This document shows, one piece after another, positions 54,075 through 64,000 of a stretch of DNA of 64,000 bases. The DNA lies in NCBI RefSeq assembly GCF_039654945.1, contig NW_027361906.1:434001-498000 (forward strand). Reading direction: 5' to 3'. The stretch is from Dendrobates tinctorius (taxonomy: Eukaryota). The position numbers and the translations under genes were made by a program. Under the pieces are notes generated by a model. It did no database searches. It saw nothing but the letters and a program-made list of their open reading frames with translations, and was not told the DNA's origin. How positions within the stretch are numbered: position 1 is the first letter of the stretch; every line of letters starts with the position of its first letter.

Positions 54075-54948
54075 GGCCACGTGCACATGTTGCTTTTTTT
54101 TTTGCGGTTTCGCGGCGGTTTTTACGCACGGAATTGCCGTGAAAACAATCGCATCCCATGCAATCCTGTGGGATTCCACAATGTTGTGCTAATGCTGCAG
54201 AATCGCATAGCGGAAAAATATGCAGCATGCTCATTCTTTTTGCGGAATCATGGGGATTCCGCACCCATAGGATTGCATTGAAACGCTCATTTTACGCATG
54301 TGGCTATGCCCACCATGCGTAAAGTGAGCGCTTCATGTGTGGATGGTACCCAGGGTCTGGAGGAGTGGAGACTCTCCTCCAGGCCCTGGGTGCCATAATC
54401 CTGTAAAAAATAGAATAAAAATAAAAAATATTGTTATTCTCACCTTCCGACGGCCACCGGAGTCCTTCCCGCCTCTCACCACGCTCCCGGCATCTTCCGG
54501 TCCCAGTGATGCTTTGCGCGAATGACCGCTGATGACGTTGCGCTCTCGCGAGTGCGACATCATCTCAGGTCCTTTGCACAAAGCATCATTGGGACCGGAA
54601 GATGCCGGGAGCGTGGTGAGAGGCGGGAAGGACTCCGGTGGCCGTCGGAAGGTGAGAATAACAATGTTTTTTATTTTTGTAATTATTTTTTACATCCTAT
54701 CTTTTACTACTGATGCTGCAAAAGTTGCTCACACTTGTAAACACCATGTTTGATAAGTGTGACCAACCTGTCAGTCAGTTTTCCAAGTGATGCTCCAGAT
54801 CGCTTGGAAAACGCCAGCATTCTGGAGGCTAATTACGCTTGCAAAACGCTAGTTTTTCGCGGGAATTCTGCATGTGAATTTCCCGCGTTTTTCACGCGGC
54901 AGGGAGTTGCGGAATTGCCGCGGAAATTCCGCACGTGTGCACATAGCC
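54075..54948. mobile_element. Harbinger-like MITE with an internal palindrome (about 54410-54680)
   Basis: GGCCACGTGCACA...TGTGCACATAGCC termini; near-perfect internal inverted repeat. Confidence 0.7.
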
Positions 54949-55133
54949 GTAATCAAGTAGGTTCAGAGCAGCTGGACCCCCAAAGGATATTCCGACCTCA
55001 GACATAACTACAGGACGAGCTAAAAATGTCTGATGGATGCAACTTTCACCTATGGGCCTGGTCTTGCACCCCATGGAGATACATTTGCTTCATTCACTTA
55101 ATTTTGAGGTACAAAAAGTTAGTGAAAGAATTA

Positions 55134-56734
55134 CAGCCAGTGAAATAAGTATTGAACACGTCACTAATTTTCTAAATACAGCTATTTCTAAAGGAGCTAT
55201 AGACATGAAATTCTCACCAGATGTCAGTAACCACTCATCCATTCCACACAGATAATTTATGGACATCTAAGGAGGATTTCTTTGTGTAATATTGAGAAAT
55301 GACGCAAGGAAAAGTATTGAACACCCTTACTAAAATTTATTTAATACTTCATGCAAAAGCCTTTGTTGGTAATGAAACTTCAAGATGCCACCTATATGGA
55401 GAAACTAGTAGCAGGCATTGCTCAGGTGCGATTTTTGGCCCATTCTTCCACACAAGCACACTCACATCCTGAAGGTCCCATGGGCTAATCCTATGAACTC
55501 TGAGCTTTATTTACTTCCTTCCATGCATTTTGTATTGGATTCAGGTCTAGTGATTGGCTCGGCCCTGCTAGCAGCTTGATTTTCTTTCTCTCAAACCAAC
55601 TAAGAGTTTCCTTGCCTGTGTGCGCTTGGGATCATTGTCTTGCTGAATTGTCCACCCTCATTTCATCTTCCTTATATTGATAGATGGCAGCAGATTTTTA
55701 TCAAAAATGTCTCGGTATATTTGTCCATTCATCCTTCCTTCAGTTATATGAAGTTTGCTAGCGCCATAAAACCGCCCCAAACCATGATGTTCCCACCTCC
55801 AAACTTCACTGTCGTTATGGTGTTTTTGTCCTGATATGTAGTGTCTTTTGGCCTCCAAACATTGTGTGTATTATGACCTCCAAATCCAATTTTGATCTCT
55901 TCTCACCAGACTGTATTCTCCCAGTATTTCACAGGCTTGTCTAAATGTTGTTGCGCAAAGTTTAACTTTAAACACGCTTGCTTTTTGTTCAGCAATGGAG
56001 TCATGCGTGGTGAGCATGGGTACAGGCCATGGAGGTCGAATGCATTACTTACTACATAAGAGGAATCGACGATTGTACCTGCTGATTCCAGGTCTTTCTG
56101 TAGATCTCAACAGGTGGTCCTTGGATCTGGGACAACTCTTTGGTTCTTTTCTTTTCACTCTAACCAAAATCTTGTGGGGAGCAGCTGGACGTAGCCGGTT
56201 TATGGTGAAATTATGTTCTTTCCTTTTCTGGATTATGGCCCCAACAGTGCTCACTGGAACTTTCAGTAATTTAGAAATTCTTCTGTAACCAATGCCATCA
56301 GTATGTTTTGCAACAATAAGGTTGTGAAGGTCTTGAGATGGAGTTTTACCCATCATGACATGTATCTTGTGCGGCACTTTTTGGTTAAGGATACACTTTT
56401 TTTTTTTTTTTTTTTTTTTTATAGGCATCAGTTGAACTATCTGATATCATTTGCACTAAGTGGCAAGATTACCTTCTAGTTACTGATAGATTTCAGCTGG
56501 TGTCATGACTATCCAATGCCTTTTTGCACCTCCTCGTCATGTGTTCAATACTTTTTCCATGTGTCATTTCTCATTATTACACATAATTTATGGACATCTA
56601 TGGATGACTTATTTGCCTGTGTGGATTGGATGGGTTGTTACCGAAATCTGGTGAGAATTTCATGCCAATAGCTCCTTTAGAAATAGATTTACTTAGAAAA
56701 TCAGGGACGTATTCAATACTTATTTCACACGCTG
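55134..56734 (-). mobile_element. Full-length degraded Tc1 transposon
   Basis: TA flanks; TIR CAGC(C)AGTGAAATAAGTATTGAA; transposase remnants MGKTPSQDLHNLIVAKHTDGIGYRRISKLLKVPVSTVGAII and VKFGGGNIMVWG. Confidence 0.9.
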
Positions 56735-57311
56735 TAACTTCAATGAAGGGACGTCTCTCTTCTGCTGATATAGGAAGAGTTAATGTTGTTACAGAATTGG
56801 CTGCTGGCCCCGTAACATGTTATTAATAATCCTGAACCGAGAGGCTGAGCCGGGAAGTGTGAAAATTAATTTGTGAATTTTGCATATTTCCCCTGATAAG
56901 GTGCGCGAGGGCGGCTACTAAGAAATTAATCTAAGAAATCCTGTAAAAATTCTGGAAATATCCGACTGGATCCCCCGGCAGTCTGATGTTTCTAGAGTTC
57001 GATGGGCAGAAAGGATTCTATCTTTTCTTTTTTATAAGCTGCCCTAAATATCGGCAGCTGCTTATTCCTCCACTTGTTCAGATATTAAAATTCAGAAATG
57101 CTGAAAATATATAAATATATATATATTTTGCTTCAACTTCACAAAGATCTCTCGTCTACTGCTAAGTAATATTCTTGTCATGTCCCATCCTGCAGTCACA
57201 ACCAAAGCAGCTTTCAAATTGCTGGTTTTCCATTATCTTCAGTTTCCAGGTATTGTGTATATTTATATAAATATAATTAATATAAAATGTATTTTTTTTT
57301 CTTTGTGGCAG

Positions 57312-57365
57312 AAAACAATTGGAAAAATCGCAACATGCCTAGAGCTACGCAGCGCCGCCCTGCAG
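57312..57365 (+). CDS. AIDA: AIDA exon 3 (KTIGKIATCLELRSAALQ)
   Basis: CAG/GTGAGT sites; matches vertebrate AIDA. Confidence 0.97.
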
Positions 57366-57569
57366 GTGAGTGTTATGTTTGCTCCTTTAGTTTCTAGTTT
57401 GGTGACTGTGATAGGGTGAGTTTTGAGGCATTAAAATTCCTTGCTTCTTGTTATAAAGTAACTAGTATTATTATTTTAGGTGCTTGCAGCCACCACTAGG
57501 TGGAGATACTTGCTAACAAGTTTACTCATCTGATGTTTTATTGGAGCTGTGTAAATCTATATGAATTGG

Positions 57570-58025
57570 GTTCCCCCTAGTGGTGACTATAAATCTGTAT
57601 GTAGTGAGCTCACACTAGTGGTGGCTGTATAAATCTGTATGTAGTGAGCTCCCTCTGGTGGTGACTGTATAAATATGCATGTAGTGAGCTTCCCCTAGTG
57701 GTGACTGTATAAATCTGTATGTAGTGAGCTCCCCCTAGTGGTGGCTGTATATATATGTATGCAGTGAGCTTCCTCTAGTGGTGCCTGTATAAATTTGTAT
57801 GTAGTGAGCTTCCCCTAGTGGTGACTGTATAAATATGTATGCAGTGAGCTCCCTCTAGTGGTGCCTGTATAAATCTGTATGTAGTGAGCTCCCCCTAGTG
57901 GTGGCTGTATAAATCTGTATGTAGTGAGCTCCCCCTAGTGGTGGCTGTATAAATCTGTATGTAGTGAGCTCCCCCTAGTGGTGGCTGTATAAATCCTGTA
58001 TGTAGTGAGCTCCCCCTAGTGGTTC
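57570..58025. repeat. 40-bp minisatellite (TGTATAAATCTGTATGTAGTGAGCTCCCCCTAGTGGTGGC), about 11 copies
   Basis: Direct tandem repeats. Confidence 0.94.
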
Positions 58026-58767
58026 TTGCAGGTAGTTTAGAATTTTATCTCTTTAACTCTGTGACGTTCTGTATTGGAAAAGCGGAGTGATAATCGGGCC
58101 ACAGTATTATGGCGTAAGCCTTGAATTCCAGGTTTTATTCCTTACCTGCATCAGATCTGTGGCTTCCCGACCGCACATTTATTTGTCGTGGGGGAAAGGA
58201 TCGGTTGATAGGTGGAGCAGAGTCTCGGATGCATTGACTGTGCGGTTTATTCTTGGCTGTCGGCCTCTGACAGCTGTGAGATGACTGGCAGCGTGCCAGC
58301 ACCACAGGACCTGCCGGGGACAGAGTGAATGAATCGCCCCTAGTGTAACCTCAGTCACAGCGTGAAGGGTGTGGGCTCCAGAAAAAGCCAATATTGTGCT
58401 GAGCGCGGCGGCCACGGAGTGTATTATTTTAGTGTTATAACTGACGGCTGATGTAACGTTATGTTAATATATCCGGACCCCAGAGCCCCCCATAGTGACG
58501 GTGACTATGCTAATACAGGAGAACTACACCCCAATTCATCAGCATAGGAACGGGACCGAGGACGTGGAGACAGATATATTGTGGGGTGACAGCCACGGAT
58601 TTAATGGAGGACAGGTGTTTCTACATTTCGGGTGGGATCACACTGGGGGGTTTATGTTGTATTTTTGTAACTGCAGCAGGGACTTTGGATTGTACATTAT
58701 CCATTGCTTGGTGCAGCTGCCGTCATGTCGCTGAGCCCCCCTAAGTCTTCCTCCTCTCTCTCCACAG

Positions 58768-58822
58768 TCCACACAGAGTCGAGAAGGATTCCAGCTGGAA
58801 GAGCTCAAGAAACTAGAACCCA
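58768..58822 (+). CDS. AIDA: AIDA exon 4 (STQSREGFQLEELKKLEP)
   Basis: CAG/GTAAGT sites, homology. Confidence 0.96.
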
Positions 58823-59167
58823 GTAAGTATATACCGTCCTCTGTATACAGGTCATAGCCTAGAATTTAAAGGGTTAACCCAAACTTTGATATTAATGACC
58901 TGACTGCTCCGAGATGCAGTACCGGGCATGGTCACTACAGAGTGCGGCGCTCTGCCTGGTAAACAAGGAAAGGGATGTGACACTAACAGCTGATTGTAGG
59001 GCTGTCGAGAGCCACAAGCCCACCTGTCTTTAGGAGGGGCCTTTATGCTGGTTATGTGCTGCACATGTGCGCGGGCATGGCGCCATCTCGTACATGGCTG
59101 ACTGTGTATAGCTGGCATTTACCTGTAACAGCAGCGACCAGAGCTCGCTCCCATCACTGCTGTTCAA

Positions 59168-62100
59168 TGGCGCGGTCAGTCTGTGACGATGGGATCTACA
59201 GTAAGTGGCGCGGTCAGTCTGTGACGATGGGATCTACAGTAAGTGGCGTGGTCAGTCTGTGACGATGGGATCTACAGTAAGTGGCGCGGTCAGTCTGTGA
59301 CGATGGGATCTACAGTAAGTGGCGCGGTCAGTCTGTGACGATGGGATCTACAGTAAGTGGCGCGGTCAGTCTGTGACGATGGGATCTACAGTAAGTGGCG
59401 CGGTCAGTCTGTGACGATGGGATCTACAGTAAGTGGCGCGGTCAGTCTGTGACGATGGGATCTACAGTAAGTGGCGCGGTCAGTCTGTGACGATGGGATC
59501 TACAGTAAGTGGCGCGGTCAGTCTGTGACGATGGGATCTACAGTAAGTGGCGCGGTCAGTCTGTGACGATGGGATCTACAGTAAGTGGCGCGGTCAGTCT
59601 GTGACGATGGGATCTACAGTAAGTGGCGCGGTCAGTCTGTGACGATGGGATCTACAGTAAGTGGCGCGGTCAGTCTGTGACGATGGGATCTACAGTAAGT
59701 GGCGCGGTCAGTCTGTGACGATGGGATCTACAGTAAGTGGCGCGGTCAGTCTGTGACGATGGGATCTACAGTAAGTGGCGCGGTCAGTCTGTGACGATGG
59801 GATCTACAGTAAGTGGCGCGGTCAGTCTGTGACGATGGGATCTACAGTAAGTGGCGCGGTCAGTCTGTGACGATGGGATCTACAGTAAGTGGCGCGGTCA
59901 GTCTGTGACGATGGGATCTACAGTAGGTGGCGCGGCCAGTCTGTGACGATGGGATCTACAGTAGGTGGCGCGGCCAGTCTGTGACGATGGGATCTACAGT
60001 AGGTGGCGCGGCCAGTCTGTGACGATGGGATCTACAGTAGGTGGCGCGGCCAGTCTGTGACGATGGGATCTACAGTAGGTGGCGCGGCCAGTCTGTGACG
60101 ATGGGATCTACAGTAGGTGGCGCGGCCAGTCTGTGACGATGGGATCTACAGTAGGTGGCGCGGCCAGTCTGTGACGATGGGATCTACAGTAGGTGGCGCG
60201 GCCAGTCTGTGACGATGGGATCTACAGTAGGTGGCGCGGCCAGTCTGTGACGATGGGATCTACAGTAGGTGGCGCGGCCAGTCTGTGACGATGGGATCTA
60301 CAGTAGGTGGCGCGGCCAGTCTGTGACGATGGGATCTACAGTAGGTGGCGCGGCCAGTCTGTGACGATGGGATCTACAGTAGGTGGCGCGGCCAGTCTGT
60401 GACGATGGGATCTACAGTAGGTGGCGCGGCCAGTCTGTGACGATGGGATCTACAGTAGGTGGCGCGGCCAGTCTGTGACGATGGGATCTACAGTAGGTGG
60501 CGCGGCCAGTCTGTGACGATGGGATCTACAGTAGGTGGCGCGGCCAGTCTGTGACGATGGGATCTACAGTAGGTGGCGCGGCCAGTCTGTGACGATGGGA
60601 TCTACAGTAGGTGGCGCGGCCAGTCTGTGACGATGGGATCTACAGTAGGTGGCGCGGCCAGTCTGTGACGATGGGATCTACAGTAGGTGGCGCGGCCAGT
60701 CTGTGACGATGGGATCTACAGTAGGTGGCGCGGCCAGTCTGTGACGATGGGATCTACAGTAGGTGGCGCGGCCAGTCTGTGACGATGGGATCTACAGTAG
60801 GTGGCGCGGCCAGTCTGTGACGATGGGATCTACAGTAGGTGGCGCGGCCAGTCTGTGACGATGGGATCTACAGTAGGTGGCGCGGCCAGTCTGTGACGAT
60901 GGGATCTACAGTAGGTGGCGCGGCCAGTCTGTGACGATGGGATCTACAGTAGGTGGCGCGGCCAGTCTGTGACGATGGGATCTACAGTAGGTGGCGCGGC
61001 CAGTCTGTGACGATGGGATCTACAGTAGGTGGCGCGGCCAGTCTGTGACGATGGGATCTACAGTAGGTGGCGCGGCCAGTCTGTGACGATGGGATCTACA
61101 GTAGGTGGCGCGGCCAGTCTGTGACGATGGGATCTACAGTAGGTGGCGCGGCCAGTCTGTGACGATGGGATCTACAGTAGGTGGCGCGGCCAGTCTGTGA
61201 CGATGGGATCTACAGTAGGTGGCGCGGCCAGTCTGTGACGATGGGATCTACAGTAGGTGGCGCGGCCAGTCTGTGACGATGGGATCTACAGTAGGTGGCG
61301 CGGCCAGTCTGTGACGATGGGATCTACAGTAGGTGGCGCGGCCAGTCTGTGACGATGGGATCTACAGTAGGTGGCGCGGCCAGTCTGTGACGATGGGATC
61401 TACAGTAGGTGGCGCGGCCAGTCTGTGACGATGGGATCTACAGTAGGTGGCGCGGCCAGTCTGTGACGATGGGATCTACAGTAGGTGGCGCGGCCAGTCT
61501 GTGACGATGGGATCTACAGTAGGTGGCGCGGCCAGTCTGTGACGATGGGATCTACAGTAGGTGGCGCGGCCAGTCTGTGACGATGGGATCTACAGTAGGT
61601 GGCGCGGCCAGTCTGTGACGATGGGATCTACAGTAGGTGGCGCGGCCAGTCTGTGACGATGGGATCTACAGTAGGTGGCGCGGCCAGTCTGTGACGATGG
61701 GATCTACAGTAGGTGGCGCGGCCAGTCTGTGACGATGGGATCTACAGTAGGTGGCGCGGCCAGTCTGTGACGATGGGATCTACAGTAGGTGGCGCGGCCA
61801 GTCTGTGACGATGGGATCTACAGTAGGTGGCGCGGCCAGTCTGTGACGATGGGATCTACAGTAGGTGGCGCGGCCAGTCTGTGACGATGGGATCTACAGT
61901 AGGTGGCGCGGCCAGTCTGTGACGATGGGATCTACAGTAGGTGGCGCGGCCAGTCTGTGACGATGGGATCTACAGTAGGTGGCGCGGCCAGTCTGTGACG
62001 ATGGGATCTACAGTAGGTGGCGCGGCCAGTCTGTGACGATGGGATCTACAGTAGGTGGCGCGGCCAGTCTGTGACGATGGGATCTACAGTAGGTGGCGCG

Positions 62101-62504
62101 GCCAGTCTGTGACGATGGGATCTACAGTAGGTGGCGCGGCCAGTCTGTGACGATGGGATCTACAGTAGGTGGCGCGGCCAGTCTGTGACGATGGGATCTA
62201 CAGTAGGTGGCGCGGCCAGTCTGTGACGATGGGATCTACAGTAGGTGGCGCGGCCAGTCTGTGACGATGGGATCTACAGTAGGTGGCGCGGCCAGTCTGT
62301 GACGATGGGATCTACAGTAGGTGGCGCGGCCAGTCTGTGACGATGGGATCTACAGTAGGTGGCGCGGCCAGTCCGTGACGATGGGATCTACAGTAGGTGG
62401 CGCGGCCAGTCTGTGACGATGGGATCTACAGTAGGTGGCGCGGCCAGTCCGTGACGATGGGATCTACAGTAGGTGGCGCGGCCAGTCTGTGACGATGGGA
62501 TCTA
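59168..62504. repeat. 38-bp minisatellite (GGCGCGG[T/C]CAGTCTGTGACGATGGGATCTACAGTA[A/G]GT), about 88 near-identical copies
   Basis: Direct tandem repeats. Confidence 0.98.
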
Positions 62505-63081
62505 AATGGTGCAGTCCCTTTGGGTTATCGATTAGGGCGCACATGATCGGCGACAAGAACACAGGGTGCCGGAATACTCTGCTATATAGTGAGGGAGACT
62601 TGTACCCAAAATCAGCAGCCCCATTATAGTTCGGCATGGCAGGATATTGTACAAGCGACCCAAAGCTCATCGGCTCAGGTCCTCTAGGGAAAATGGAAAA
62701 AATTTAAAAAAAAAAAAAATATATATATAACCAAATATGCCCCAAAATGGTGGTAATAACAATCAGTTCATATTATTTTTTATTATATATATATATATTT
62801 ATTTTTGTATAATTTTATTACTATTCTATTTTATTATATAACTGATATCATAAAAAATATATATACGGTGATTGTTGCTGAAAAAGTAGAAAAAAAAATA
62901 AAAAATGTTATTTCTCTTGGAAAAAGGAGAAAAATAAAAGGAAAGCGCAGAAATGAAAATTGGCCGCAGCAGGAAGGGGTTAATGGCATTGAATTTAATT
63001 CTATGTTGAATGAGTTTTTGGAGAAATCGTGTATTTTTTTTTTTTTTTTTTTTTAACTCTTGCTGTTCTCCCACTTTCTAG

Positions 63082-63145
63082 TCCTGGACAACCTTCTAAC
63101 ATTCAACAAAGAATTCCCCTTTGATGTTCAGCCCGTCCCTTTAAG
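63082..63145 (+). CDS. AIDA: AIDA exon 5 (ILDNLLTFNKEFPFDVQPVPLR)
   Basis: TAG/GTAGGT sites, homology. Confidence 0.96.
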
Positions 63146-63931
63146 GTAGGTACACCCCCCCCCCCCCCTTCCCACCACTCCGTCTGCATGGCAGTGAGTG
63201 GCGGTGGAGTGCCGGTCTATGGGCTGTATTACAGGTTTTTGTTTTGTTTTTTATTGCCAGCCATGGTTCCTCGATACATTGTGTATTTGTGTACTGTGTC
63301 CCAGTTTGGCCAAAATTAAAGGGGTTGTCCACATGGGCAATTTTTTGTTTTTTAATTCAATATTCATCGATCTCCCACCACTTACATTCCAACGCTGCTC
63401 GTCCCCCTGCCGCAGAGATGGTGTGTGACCTCTGCAGCTAATCACTATATGAGGCGGGTCACCGCTGCCACCGGTGATTGGTTGAACAGTCTCGAGGGAC
63501 CAGGAAGTAGCGGACCCGAGAACGGAGCGGCAGGAGGTCAATGAGGTGGAGGTCTGCGGTGAGTGACAATTAGCACAGTCAGACGTGGAGGAGATGTGCG
63601 TAGAATTTGGCATTGCTGAAATCCTAGAAGTCGCACCCCCGCATATCGGTGCCTCCCGTGACTTGAGTCTGGCATTACTGGGTATACAGAGGGTATACAC
63701 AGCTCTCGCTGACCTATTTAGGCTGCAGCGGATTACAGCAGAACATCTGTCGTGGGATCGCGCTCTGCTGCTGCCTCCTCCGCTGAGTGGGAGTGATCAG
63801 CATTGTCTGCTGCCTGGACATCTTGTGTGTCGCCTCCATAGACTGCGGCGTCCTCTACGTCCCTCTCCATCGTCCATTCTAATCTTTCCCCTGCTATGAG
63901 GTTTAGACAAATTTATTTTTCTGTTTTCCAG

Positions 63932-64000
63932 GAGGATTTTGGCCCCAGGAGAAGAAGAAAACTTAGAAGTGGAGGAGGAGGAAGAGGATGGAGGCGCCGG
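63932..64000 (+). CDS. AIDA: AIDA exon 6, truncated by the window end (RILAPGEEENLEVEEEEEDGGA)
   Basis: CAG acceptor, homology. Confidence 0.95.

Overview
Vertebrate genomic DNA, probably from a frog (inferred from the Tc1, T2/Kolobok-type TTAA MITE, hAT and Harbinger MITE repertoire and the TATGTACAAGAATATAACTACTATAATACTGCCCC satellite). The window holds the conserved AIDA-BROX-FAM177B block. (1) The 5' part of a FAM177-family gene lies on the minus strand (exons at 3748-3771 and 1007-1150). (2) BROX is complete on the minus strand: 12 coding exons from 32341 to 15895, 1236 nt, 411 aa, ending in the CAAX box CQIS, with a probable non-coding first exon near 41.1 kb. (3) The first six coding exons of AIDA lie on the plus strand from 41486 to the window end, head-to-head with BROX across a CpG-rich bidirectional promoter; AIDA intron 2 has a GC-AG donor. 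The introns are crowded with DNA transposon relics: three full-length Tc1 copies (one nearly intact), several Tc1 fragments, many palindromic MITEs and nested insertions. About 11 minisatellite arrays of ten different units cover roughly 20 kb, and at least one, probably three, visibly derive from transposon sequence. There are two N-gaps. I see no convincing new protein-coding system. The most interesting signals concern repeat birth and evolution and how the repeats sit relative to splice sites and the promoter.
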